From positions 1 through 64,000 of the forward strand of contig JAQGDQ010000271.1 of NCBI GenBank assembly GCA_030141605.1: 64,000 nucleotides of DNA. The letters are read 5' to 3'. The stretch comes from Tubiluchus corallicola (lineage: Eukaryota > Animalia > Priapulida). The notes under the pieces were generated by a model that searched no databases, had not been told where the DNA came from, and saw only the letters and a list, made by a program, of their open reading frames with translations. The translations under genes were made by a program, and so were the position numbers. Of the stretch, positions 10,101-21,790 are shown piece by piece; the first letter of the stretch is position 1, and each line of letters opens with the position of its first letter.

Positions 10101-13100
10101 AGTATCACCAAGCGGCATGATCAACATAGCGGCAACAGAAAATGTGACTACGTGTAAAAACAACTGTGATTGATAGGTGGCGTATACTACTAAAGCTTAG
10201 GTCACATGACTAAGACTGGCTTCGTTTTAAACACTTTCAGGAAATGCATGTTTGTAAAAATACGAAAAGAAAACAAATAATTATAGAATGCTAGATTAAA
10301 TTGCTTGACACCAACAGTAACCTTGTGCATTCTGATTACAGAAACTTTCAAAGTTTGGCAGCAATACCTAGAACAGGCAGACTGGACAGAACAACACGTA
10401 AAACCATGGGTAAAGAACGCTGCGGAGTATCTGATGAGGATGCAGAACCAGATGCTAGTTTGTATCCCCCTGGGGCCAGATTCTTAATTAATGGCAGAAG
10501 AAAACGATATGCAATAGGTATAGGCAACACAAATTTCTTTTACATAAAACATTTAATGTAATAGACGTTAATTAGACCTGGATTACTCTATAGGCTAGTA
10601 AAGGTTGCAACCTAGGGCCCTTTCAGCTTGGGGGGGGGGGGGGGCAAAGCTTGAAGGGCCCAGCTAAAAATATTCTAATAATTATATCATCATCATCATA
10701 CGCCCGTCACGTCTATTGTAGACATTTGGCGGGCAGAATTCTAAAATAAAAGAAATCTGCCTTCAGACAGGTAAACGCAGCAATAATCCAGCAAAAGCAC
10801 TAGACACTGCTACGCCAGTGGCTTGTCAGCACCACTTCCGTTAAATGAAACTAAGTAATAATTATATATTGCTTTTTGAAAGATGAGTGTAATGTTTTAG
10901 CATTTTACTTTGCTAAACGATTTATTTAACTTAAATTAAAATTTCAATTTTAAAAAAGGAGATCCGTGAGCCTGAAGACCCAATTTCAATAAAGTGGCTC
11001 TTGTTTGTGGCCTCTTGTGGGGACGGTTGTGGTTTCTTGTGGGGACGGTTGTGGCTTCTTGTGGGGACGGTTGTGGTTTCTTGTGGGGACGGTTGTGGCT
11101 TCTTGTGGGGACGGTTGTGGCTTCTTGTGGGGACGGTTGTGGCTTCTTGTGGGGACGGTTGTGGCTTCTTGTGGGGACGGTTGTGGTTTCTTGTGGGGAC
11201 GGTTGTGGCTTCTTGTGGGGACGGTTGTGGCTTCTTGTGGGGACGGTTGTGGCTTCTTGTGGGGACGGTTGTGGCTTCTTGTGGGGACGGTTGTGGCTTC
11301 TTGTGGGGACGGTTGTGGCCTCTTGTGGGGACGCCCCGTAGTTTCATTAGCCTAGTTAGAATGCTGGAGTTGACTTAATATATCATTTTAATTATTTCCG
11401 GAAATCAAATAAATTAAATCGTCTCTTTGCAAATAGAAAACCCTGCTGTCTTTTGAGAAACTTTTTTTCAACAATGCTGCAAGTGGAAAACTCGTGAGCC
11501 AAGTTAGGATAGATATGTTGCAAAAACGAGTCATATAAACTTACAAAAAATAAAAAATAAATGTACTTCTACGGGACTCGAACCCAGGCTTTCGGCTATA
11601 CAAGCAGCTATGCTAACCATTACACCACAGGCTCCAAAGAATCATAAGCCACATCAAGGCAATTTATTTTTACGCAGATTAGTCTAACCAAGCCTATATT
11701 TCATGTAAAGCCAATGAAATGTTGTGCAGCGTTTAACATGTACTTGATTTTTGTAACATTTGTACTTGATTTTTGTGACGTTTGTACTTGATTTTTGTAA
11801 CGTTTGTACTTGATTTTTGTAGCGTTTGTACTTGATTTTTGTTACGTTTGTACTTGATTTTTGAGACGTTTGTACTTAATATTTGTAACGTTTGTACTTG
11901 ATTTTTGTTACGTTTGTACTTGATTTTTGTGACGTTTGTACTTGATTGATTTTTGTAGCGTTTGTACTTGATTTTTGTTACGTTTGTACTTAATTTTTGT
12001 AATGTTTGTACTTGATTTTTGTTACGTTTGTACTTGATTTTCGTGACGTTTTTACTTGATTTTTGTAGCGTTTGTACTTGATTTTTGTTACGTTTGTACT
12101 TGATTTTTGAGACGTTTGTACTTAATATTTGTAACGTTTGTACTTGATTTTTGTGACGTCTATACTTGATTTTTGTAACGTTTGTACTTGATTTTTGTAA
12201 CGTTTGTACTTGTTTTTTGTAGCGTTTGTACTTGATTTTTGTTACGTTTGTACTTGATTTTTGAGACGTTTGTACTTAATTTTCGTAACGTTTGTACTTG
12301 ATTTTTGTTACGTTTGTACTTGATTTTTGTGACGTTTGTACTTGATTTTTGTAGCGTTTGTACTTGATTTTTGTAACGTTTGTACTTGATTTTTGTTACG
12401 TTTGTACTTGATTTTTGTAGCGTTTGTACTTGATTTTTGTAACGTTTGTACTTGATTTTTGTGACGTTTGTACTTGATTTTTGTAGCGTTTGTACTTGAT
12501 TTTTGAGACGTTTGTACTTAATTTTTGTTACGAGTGTACTTGATTTTTGAGACATTTATACTTAATATTTGTAACGTTTGCACTTGATTTTTGTAACATG
12601 TGTACTTGATTTTCTAGATTTTTATCGACGTTGGTGGTTTACTTGTGATCTAACCTACAAAGTTGTAAACGCAACTAGTCAGCTGCCTCTAAAAATGCAA
12701 AGGTATGTTTCAAACTTTGTAAACATTTGTGAACACTGTCTTAAATTTTGTAACACAAAACCAAATAGTAGCATAGTAAATAGTATTTACTATTAGCATT
12801 TAATTTTACTATTTTATAGTAAAATATCTTATGATTTATTGATGAAGCAACTGCTAGTTTTTTAACTAATGTCTTGCAGTTTTAAATTCTGCATGTATTT
12901 TTGTATATATTTTTGTATATATTTTGTATATATATTTTGTATATATTTCTAGTTTTTTTGACATGTACTGCTTCTTAGCATTTAGTGTAAATTTTAACTT
13001 TGATGTAGCATTTTGTATGCTGTAATAAACTTTAAGTAAAAAAATATATAATGAAAAATAAAATGTTGCGGTTTCCTTTAATTTTTAGAGAAGTGTTTGA

Positions 13101-16100
13101 AGAAGCCGTGCAAAGTTGGATCAATGCAATTAATGAGCAAAGTGATGACAAAAGCTCCATATTAACAGCAAGGGAAGCACGTAGGGGTGAAACGCCTGAT
13201 TTGCAGTAAGTATGAATGCGTAAAAACTAGCATTGCCAAATGAGGTGGCAACCCAAGACTCCAGGCCAAATCAGGAGTGGTGGCAACCCTAGACTCCAGG
13301 CCAAATCAGGAGTGGTGGCAACTCTAGACTCCAGGCCAAATCAGGAGTAGTGGCAACCATAGACTCCGGGTCAAATCAGTAGTGGTGGCAACCCTAGACT
13401 CCGGGCCAAATCAGGTGGCAGCCCAAGACTCCAGGCCAAATCAGGAGTGGTGGCAACCCAAGACTCCAGGCCAAATCAGGAGTGGTGGCAACCCTTGACT
13501 CCAGGCCAAATCAGGTGGCAGCCCAAGACTCCAGGCCAAATCAGGAGTGGTGGTAACCCTAGACTCCAGGTCAAATCAGGAGTGGTGGCAACCCTAGACT
13601 CCAGGCCAAATCAGGAGAGGTGGCAACCCTAGACTCCAGGTCAAATCAGGAGTGGTGGCAACCCTAGACTCCGGGCCAAATCAGGTGGCAGCCCAAGACT
13701 CCAGGCCAAATCAGGAGTGGTGGCAACCCTAGACTCCGGGCCAAATCAATAGTGGTGGCAACTCTAGACTCCGGGCCAAATCAGGAGTAGTGGCAACCCT
13801 AGACTCCAGGCCAAATCAGGAGTAGTGGCAACCCTAGACTCCGGGCCAAATCAGGAGTAGTGGCAACCCTAGAATCCTGGCCAAATCAGGAGTAGTGGCA
13901 ACCATAGACTCCGGACCGAATCACGAATGGTGGCAACCCTATGTGTAATAAGAAAGCTAAAAATTTAGCCACAGCTTTCAAAGTACATGTTATAGGAAGA
14001 TTCAATTTGGATAATGTGCTCTTAGTTTTAGCACTAATGCACATACATCTATGCGTTTTTGTTGTAGACTTGGTTTCATGAGAGGTGACCATGGTGACGG
14101 CGTCTCATTTGATGGTGTTGGAGGCTCAGTAGGCCACGCAGGGTTTCCTCCAGCCGGCTTCATTCATTTGGACGACGCTGAGACGTGGAAGCCAGACTAT
14201 CCATTGCGTCGTCGCGAGCGAAGCTTTAGACAGGTAACGCAATCATCTACTTATCACTTTCAGATGGAGACGCGTTGTACAGGGTGTTCTAGAAGAAACA
14301 GTACAATCGAAACGTGCAGATACATTTATAATGGAATGTACATAAACTAAGTTATATGGTACGCAAAATTGTAATCAGTGCTGGTTTTTGTCTTTGTAGG
14401 CTCCTGGGCTCCAACTACCATGAGGCCAGCAGTACAATTAACAAAAGCATGAATGTTGGATTCTTCAAATCAATTCATTCAATTTCTACAGCATAATGCC
14501 AACATTAGGCACTCAGTTACAATTAACAAAAGCATGAATGTTGGATTCTTCAAATCAATTCATTCAATTTCTACAGCATAATGCCAACATTAGGCTCCCA
14601 GTTACAATTAACAAAAGCATGAATGTTGGATTCTTCAAATCAATTCATTCAATTTCTACAGCATAATGCCAACATTAGGCTCCCAGTTACAATTAACAAA
14701 AGCATGAATGTTGGATTCTTCAAATCAGTTTATTCAACTGTTGCAGCATAATGCCAACATTAGGCTCCCAGTTACAATTAACAAAAGCATGAATGTTGGA
14801 TTCTTCAAATCAGTTTATTCAACTTCTACAACATAATGCCAACATTAGGCCCCCAGTGACAATTAACAAAAGCATGAATGTTGGATTCTTCAAATCAGTT
14901 TATTCAACTTAGAATTTCAAGACGAATTTTTTAAGCTTTATTTTTCAAGGTCATTTAACTGTTTTCTTGTGTTTTAACTGAATTCTGTTATTTCTCAGGC
15001 TCTAATGCACGAAGTAGGCCATGCTCTTGGACTGAGGCATTCCAGAGTACGATCAGCCTTAATGCACGCCTACCTCAGTAAAGACAACCAACATCTAACT
15101 GAAGACGATGTGCAAGGAATACAGAGTTTATACCGTAAGCTACCCAACGTACATCTAAAGCTTCTAATGTGTTTATGTGCAAATAAATGCTTTGTCTAGT
15201 CAGCCATGTGTGTTTATTGGCCCTAACCTGACTTGTGTTGTCATATTAGAATGGAAAAGTACTTTAAAGAAATCGCAAAGGTCATATGGAAAAATCCTCG
15301 ATCCTGTACGTATCATGCTCGGGAATATCTCCTAATATGGTACTCTGTTCTGTTTGTTGGCCCTAACCTGACTTGTGTTGTCATATTAGATAGGAAAAGT
15401 ACTTTAAAGAAGTCGCAAAGATCATATGGAAAAATCCTCGATCCTGTACGTATCATGCTCCAGAATATTTCCTAGTATGGTACTCTGTTGTGTTTGGGAA
15501 TATTTGATGTGTTCTTCAGCCTGACAACTTAGGCCTAATTTAACATAGACGGCAAAATGGCCTTGTAAAAATGGTTGTTTTTTTTGGGCGGGGGGGGCAG
15601 TCCTTCAATCTTTTTTTTGCTTCTTTCGTCGCCACTTTTATGAAAAAGTTTTCAAGATCTTTCATCGCTGATTCATAAACTGTGACAATTTGCGCTTAAG
15701 CACATGCTTGCTTCGCTTCCAGATCTTAACATTGGATATTTGGGGATATTCTGAGCTGTAGAACATACAAATTCATTTTTCTCACTATCATCATCATCAT
15801 CATCATCCAATGAATCACATGTCCAGTGACATGATTGTGCTCACCTCCCTATGCCAAGACTCCCTGCTCGCCGCAATGCCCCAAGTACATTTATTTCTAA
15901 GGATCAATGCTGAAGTGTTTAAATCTTTCTGTGCAAAATCTAAATATGTTAACATTTGTCCTCCTGCAGGTTTTTAGCTGGTTCTGTAGCTATATTCACT
16001 GGAATATCATCAGGTAGTCTAAGCATATGCCCAATCCATCTTAAATGGCGTCTTGTTATTATTCTAGTCCAAGGTTCTTCTTTTATTTTTTCATATAGAT

Positions 16101-16424
16101 CTTTATTTGAAATTTTCTTTGGCCATCTAATACCCAAAATGTTTCTATAATTTCGCCTTTGAAACGCATCGATTTCAGCTTTATGATTTGCTTTTAATGT
16201 CCAGAGCTCAGAGTTATACAGAAATACAGTTTCAACTAATTTTCTCACTAGACATCGTCTGAAATTCTTGCAAAAAGGTCGACATTTCCGTCAAAAATTA
16301 TTTCTAGCTCTTTTCTTTCAAGAAAAACATCGGCACTTGACAGACATGATGATAATAGACCTATCACTAGGACCATCAGGACCTGTAGCGGCTCAGAGTA
16401 CATTTGGCTTAGTTTGGTGTGGTG

Positions 16425-16473
<49 letters not shown>

Positions 16474-17872
16474 ATATTTCATTTAGGTCATAGTCAAGGG
16501 ATAACACCTTGGGTAACTCACGTTTTATTTTCAAATGCTCCCGATTACTATTACCCGCATGTTACTTTGATAAACTCAAAGGTGATGAACCAGCTTGATG
16601 AACCAGGCATACCATTTTTTAAGTCAACGGTATTCTCGGTCGAGAGTTGAACCAGGTATCGTTGAGCTAATGCCTCGGTGTGATAATATACACGTAAACG
16701 GCATTCCCATTGGACCATATTCATTAAATTTACCCTAACTTACATAGATGTATAGTTTCATAGCACCTAGACCCAAGGAGCAAATTACGGCATTCTTTGA
16801 AGTAATCAAGTTTCATTATCGACAACAAATAAACTGACAAAAGTGCCTTTAAATTATTCAGTGTTTCACACCAAAACGAGCTTGCATTCCTGTGGGACCT
16901 GCTTTGAACATTTTGCCTGTACACTTATATCTTGGTTTGCCGGACAAAAAGCGGGGAGATTTCGGTTCGAATTTACCGATTGTCTCAAAAACATCTAGTA
17001 CGGGCCGCTCCCATGCAAAAGTATATATATACTGTCGGCAATTGACTAAAATAACTCCGCAAAATATCACACGCTGATTAAACCACTTAAAGAAAAGAGG
17101 GACTCGAAGTAGGTTTCAGAAAAATCGTCTTAGAAAATTTTATTACTTTACAGCAATATTATGCATTTATCATTCTCGCGTTTTAAAAAGAATTTTTGTT
17201 TGTTTTCATTTTGAATCTCCCGCAATACTGTTCCGAATTCGCCGTTAAATGACGTCATGTACCAAACGTAAATCAGGGGAAGAAAAGGAGATGTTAAATT
17301 ATGACTTTCCTTGCAAATTTATAATACTTAGCATTTCGCTTACCAGCTTGAAAGGCTTATGTAACTAGAAAAGAAAATTTTTAATTATTTAAAATGTTTG
17401 TGCCAATTGGTGAAATGTCGCTGGCTCACCCTCCAGGGTGCATCACTCATAGCGGGTGTTTAAAAATTTACAAGTTTTGTAGAGCGTTGCGGCCGATGCT
17501 GACCCTGTATGCAAAAAGGTAGTATATAAATGGTATAAAATTTCGAGACGAATTTTTTAAGCTCTATGTAAGTGAAGTGTTTTCTTGTGCGCCTGGCATA
17601 CAAGCTACACACGTGTCGTGATGACCCGCCATCTAGCGGTCAGCTTTCGAAACAACGTGTCCGTAGTATGCGGGACTTTTTAACGGTCCGGATTTTGTCT
17701 GACTTTTCGGATACCCGACAAAGCGAGGTCTGGCAAACCGAGATATGAGTGTATGTTGTTTCTAAAGATAAACTTTTATTGAATTTTGATTGTATTTTTT
17801 TCTGTAGCTATACGTCTATGTGATAGATTTAGCAAAACGCTCAGGAAACGGCGTTCCGGTCGACGCGGTTGA
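6785..17872 (+). CDS. Matrix metalloproteinase (peptidase M10A), minimal-domain type, 8 exons, 302 aa
   Basis: GT-AG exons with consistent phase: 6785-6871, 8041-8117, 10342-10517, 12618-12702, 13089-13205, 14068-14233, 14999-15134, 17808-17872 (909 nt). Signal peptide MTMVVLMLVMTGVFG, propeptide YLRKYGYL...FQSLAAIPRTGRLD, cysteine switch ERCGVSD, furin site RRKR, GDHGDGVSFDGVGG/VGHAG/IHLDDAETW, HEVGHALGLRH zinc motif, Met-turn ALMHAY. The last exon is the least certain. Confidence 0.92.
7447..7979 (-). mobile_element. 5S rRNA-derived SINE (SINE3), copy 1
   Basis: Reverse strand: partial 5S head (ctcgtctgatcaccgaagttaagc...gttagtacttggatgggtgaccgcctaggaataccaggtgctgtaggctt) plus a ~430-bp GC-rich body shared with 44352-44900 and 46129-46637. 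Confidence 0.85.
8404..9055. repeat. Minisatellite, 67-71 bp x ~9.3, two TGAGTCA per unit
   Basis: Unit gctgagtcaacgacattttgccagtaagattaataatatgtttttggtgagtcagtggtgcacactg(g/a)gaa, in MMP intron 2. Confidence 0.95.
9390..9530 (+). mobile_element. LINE/SINE 3' tail fragment (second copy at 47143-47297)
   Basis: Shared gtgaccaataggtctttcgctgctccttctcag...gagaaaataaa(ttgaa)n ending. Confidence 0.6.
11005..11333. repeat. G-rich minisatellite, 22 bp x ~15
   Basis: Unit gtggggacggttgtgg(c/t)ttctt, in MMP intron 3. Confidence 0.95.
11565..11635 (-). pseudogene. tRNA-like sequence (pseudo-tRNA or SINE head)
   Basis: ggagcctgTGGTGTAATGGttagcatagctgcttgtatagccgaaagcctgGGTTCGAGTCCcgtagaagt: good A and B boxes and T-arm, followed by T-runs, but the acceptor stem does not pair. 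Confidence 0.6.
11737..12613. repeat. Minisatellite, 22 bp x ~40, abutting the MMP exon 4 acceptor
   Basis: Unit tttgtacttgatttttgt(a/t/g)acg. The last unit runs into tttctag|. Confidence 0.95.
13243..13941. repeat. Minisatellite, 35 bp (with ~29-bp variants) x ~20
   Basis: Unit tcaggagtggtggcaaccctagactccaggccaaa, in MMP intron 5. Confidence 0.95.
14433..14910. repeat. Tandem repeat, 85 bp x ~5.6
   Basis: acaattaacaaaagcatgaatgttggattcttcaaatc... begins at 14434, 14519, 14604, 14689, 14774, 14859. Confidence 0.95.
15210..15490. repeat. Tandem duplication, ~140 bp x2
   Basis: ttggccctaacctgacttgtgttgtcatattaga...atggtactctgtt occurs twice. Confidence 0.85.
15788..16250 (-). mobile_element. 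RTE-clade LINE fragment (RT C-terminal region and 3' end)
   Basis: ORF LVETVFLYNSELWTL...IDAFQRRNYRNILGIRWPKKISN...RRHLRWIGHMLRLPDD matches the typical RTE post-RT motifs (LYxxExW, LRWxGH). (GAT)n tail. Confidence 0.85.
16426..16722 (-). mobile_element. tRNA-derived SINE
   Basis: Reverse strand has A box tggtccaatgg, B box ggttcaactc, central gacttaaaaaatggta motif (also in 54679-54952), and a (TTA)n tail. Confidence 0.5.
16922..17751. mobile_element. TIR element (MITE) flanked by TA
   Basis: ta|cacttatatcttggtttgccggac ... gtctggcaaaccgagatatgagtg|ta. Internal segment resembles the 34261 family. Confidence 0.7.
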
Positions 17873-18982
17873 ACAACCAAGAATCAACGACTACTTTCAC
17901 CAAAGTAATCTAGGAGCACGAGCTTTATTTTACCTACAGACACCACAGTGGATAAAACAATATACTTTAAAAAACGAGTTATTCTTATAATCAATGGTGT
18001 TGATATTTGGCTAACAAAGCTAAACCTGTGATAATGCATAAGGAAGATCTGTTATTTGCTCTAAGTTTAGTATTTATTTGTTACTTTTCAAAGCCAGGAT
18101 GTTGTTATTAATTTATTACTCCAGTCTTTTAATAATAATTTTAAACAATTATTAAACAATATCTATGATGTTAATACAATTATTTATTAAACGTATTTTT
18201 AAATTATTAATGCGATGTAATAGCAGATTGTTATCTAAGCGTTTTAACTGGCTTAAAATATTAAAAAATAGCAAAAATTTTACTTTGTGTTAAATTACAG
18301 ATTACTAGCAGTTAGTTGACACTTGTTTTATACAAAATATGTACATGTCTAATGAGATAAATTACATTTTTAATCGTTTATTTTGTTTGAAATATATCTC
18401 CAATATTTGCAAATATATTTGATATTTATATACAATGCAACAATAGTAAGGCTAGAACTGGGAACGCATATGAGAGAAGTGCATGTGCCTCAACCCAAGT
18501 CTCCTTCTACAATTTAATTATGAATAAATTAGCCTAAATCTAGGGTTATGTAAATACAAAAGTAGTTATTATAACGTACATGTAGCCATTACAGAATATA
18601 TAAAGACAGCTGAAAAATTAAATAATATAGCACTTATTACGAATTACAACTTATAATAGAGCAAAAGAAGTCATGTAATTTGGCACCTTCGATTCTCGGA
18701 GAGCCTTTCTCATTCACCAGACTACAAAAAATCTTCAAAAACAACATGAACACAATCATTCACAGATTCCTGGACTGCTGTTAAGTACTCGTTAAGTAGA
18801 CGTCAACAGATATACGTGTTGCAAGGCGAGCTTGATTGTAGGCCTACTAGTGATGACCATTTTACTGTACTGTATATCCATTTTCTAAGTATGCTAAATC
18901 TTCTAACAAAACAATAACAATAGTTAGTTTGAAGGATTGATGCCAATCGTAAAGTTCAACAACCACACAGAACATTTTTATT

Positions 18983-20162
18983 TCAGTTGTCATAATGCTG
19001 AAACTTAGCAAGCCATGCTTGAAGAGGAGGCGGTCGAGGAGGAGGTGGTGGAACAAGTCTTGAATTAAACGACTGCCCACGATGGAAATTATAACTCTGA
19101 TCTACGTTATCATAAGACTGTCTACGAGGAGAATGGATATTACTGGAGCGATGTTTCGCCTCTAGTTGTAGTGGAGGTGTATTTGGCCTGTACTGTTCCA
19201 CATCTGACGGTTCCATGCTCTCACCTGCATTACGTAACCAACTTGCTGCTGACACCCGCTGTCGTTGTTTGCCAGTTTGTGGTGGTGCTTCAGGAGGAGG
19301 CAAGTTGGCATATCTGCTTCGATACTCTCGCTCGTACTCAGGATCGAAGTAATGAAAGCTTCCATTTTCATCCCAATAGCCATAGTCTACTTCGTTTTCG
19401 TTATAATTGTTAGTTCTTTTAGGAGCTCCATGCACATGTTGGTCATAATTGTCTTCCACCTTTATAATAGGTATACTTCTCGGATGTTGGATGGGGACTG
19501 TATTATAATGCAAATTAGGTGTTCTGTGCGGACCCATATGTCTTGGCTGCTGCGAAGGGTCAATGTGCCTTGAAGGTTCTGCATGTCTTGAAAGTCCTGT
19601 ATATCTTGAAGGTTCTATGTGTCTAGGAAATTCTTCATGTCTTGAAGGTTCTGCGTGTCTTGAAGGTACTTCGTGTCTTGAAGGTTCTGCATGTCTTGAA
19701 GGTACTTCGTGTCTTGAAGGTTCTGCATGTCTTGAAGGTTCTGCATGTCTTGAAAGTCCTGTATATCTTGAAGGTTCTATGTGTCTAGGAAATTCTTCAT
19801 GTCGTGAAGGCTCTGCGTGTCTCGAAGGTTCTGCGTGTCTTGATGGTTCTTCGTGTCTTAAAGGTTCTGCATATCTTGAATGTTGTTTGACAGGTGAGCA
19901 AGGTATATATTTCGCTTTTTTCCAGGGAGATGAACGTTTGCCGTGTCTTGATTCATCAAGACACGTGGTTAAATCGTTATTGCTACTTGAGCTACTGTCT
20001 GGTTCAATTTTACTCTTGTGTTTTGGCACTTCTGATGATGATGTTACTTCAGTCTCGACTGAACTACTAGCAGTTATTGATGTTAAACATGCGCTGGTGG
20101 CCTTGTCGACTGTCAAAAGAGACTTTTGATCATCGCTGCTGCCGGACTCCTTCTTCGTCCTC
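18983..20162 (-). CDS. Open terminal exon of an uncharacterised low-complexity protein (Ser-rich, EPSRH(A/E/I) repeats, poly-Pro C-terminus)
   Basis: About 390 codons open after acceptor tttttattag at ~20163. 18-bp coding repeats at 19563-19880. Ends PPPPPRPPPLQAWLAKFQHYDN-TGA. Upstream exons are disrupted. Confidence 0.6.
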
Positions 20163-20559
20163 TAATAAAAATGTGAAACTAGATGAAACACGCGTGTGAA
20201 TACAAAATAAAATACAATACAAAATTAGAATAGCTAAATAGAAGCAGAAATGTTATAACTTGCTGAATACTTTACAAGCAAGAAAAACGTAAGTGTTACG
20301 TAACACGTGCATTGTTTTTGTGCTTTTTCTTCTTCTTCTTCTTATGGTGCTTTTCACTGTCTGCTTGAACTTCTTTATCTTCTTTTTTGCGGTGATGTTT
20401 TTCCATCAATTCTTGTTCTCGATGATCTTTTGCTTTCTTAACATGTTTTAGGGTCTTCCAAGTTTTAAGAAAGTCTTCCTGAGGAATTTTCTTCTTCTGA
20501 AATGCAAAATTTGCATTCTGACTGTCATTGAGCTCTTACAAGATGTGCGTGCATATATC

Positions 20560-21790
20560 AATGTACTGTACTTTGTCAGTACTATTGTACTGTACTACAG
20601 AAAAAGCTCTATTATGTCAGTAATGTTGTACTGTACTACAGAAAAAGCTGCATTATGTCAGTAATGTTGTACTGTACTACAGAAAAAGCTGCATTATGTC
20701 AGTAATGTTGTACTGCACTACAGAAAAAGCTGCATTATGTCAGTAATGTTGTACTGTACTACAGAAAAAGCTGTACTATACCAGTACTACTGTACTGTAC
20801 TACAGAAAAAGCTGTACTATGTTAGTACTACTAAAAACAGTACCATATCACTACTACTGTACTGTACTACAGAAAAAGCTGTACTATGCCTGTACTATAC
20901 TACAGAAAAAGCTGTACTATGCCAGTACTATTGCACTGTATTACAGAAAAAGCTGTACTATGCAAGTACTACTGTACTGTACTACAAAAAAGCTGTACTT
21001 CGTCAGATTCTTGTTCTCGATGATCTTTTGCTTTCTTAACTTGTTTTAGGGTCTTCCAAGTTTTAAGAATGTCTTCCTGAGCCATTTTCTTCTTCTGAAA
21101 TGCAAAATTTGCATTCTGACTGTCATTGAGCTCTTACAAGATGTGCGTGCGTATATCAATGTACTGTACTTTCTCAGTACTACTGTACTGTATCACAAAA
21201 AAGCTGTATCATATCAGTACTTTTGTACTGTACTACAGAAAAAGCTGTACTATGTCAGTACTACTGTACTGTACTGCTGAAAAAACGGTACCATATCTGT
21301 ACTACTGTACTGCACTACAGAAAAAGCTGTACAATGTCAGTACTACTGTACCGTACTAAAGGAAAAGTTGTACAATGTCAGTACTAGTATATTGTACTAC
21401 TGAAAAACAGTACCATATCACTACTACTGTACTATACAACAGAAAAAGCAGTACTATGTCATTACTGTTGTACTGTACTACAGAAAAAGCTGTATTATGT
21501 CAGTAATGTTGTACTGTACTACAGAAAAAGCTGCATTATGTCAGTAATGTTGTACTGCACTACAGAAAAAGCTGCATTATGTCAGTAATGTTGTACTGTA
21601 CTACAGAAAAAGCTGCATTATGTCAGTAATGTTGTACTGTACTACAGAAAAAGCTGCATTATGTCAGTAATGTTGTACTGCACTACAGAAAAAGCTGCAT
21701 TATGTCAGTAATGTTGTACTGTACTACAGAAAAAGCTGTACTACGCCAGTACTATTGTACTGTACTACAGAAAAAGCTGTATTATGTTAT
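20560..21790. repeat. Minisatellite, ~41 bp, with an embedded partial duplicate of the neighbouring exon
   Basis: Unit actgtactacagaaaaagctg(c/t)attatgtcagtaatgttgt. 21008-21190 duplicates 20409-20590. Confidence 0.9.

Noticed and set aside
10931-12555. Repetitive ORFs of 115-138 aa
   Set aside because: Products of stop-free 22-bp minisatellites within MMP intron 3.
13243-13941. CRISPR-like 35-bp partly palindromic repeat
   Set aside because: Units are contiguous with no unique spacers. Eukaryotic intron, no cas genes.
19563-20129. Plus-strand Cys-rich CLEGSA repeat ORF (188 aa)
   Set aside because: Antisense shadow of the EPSRH repeat exon. No splice or promoter support.
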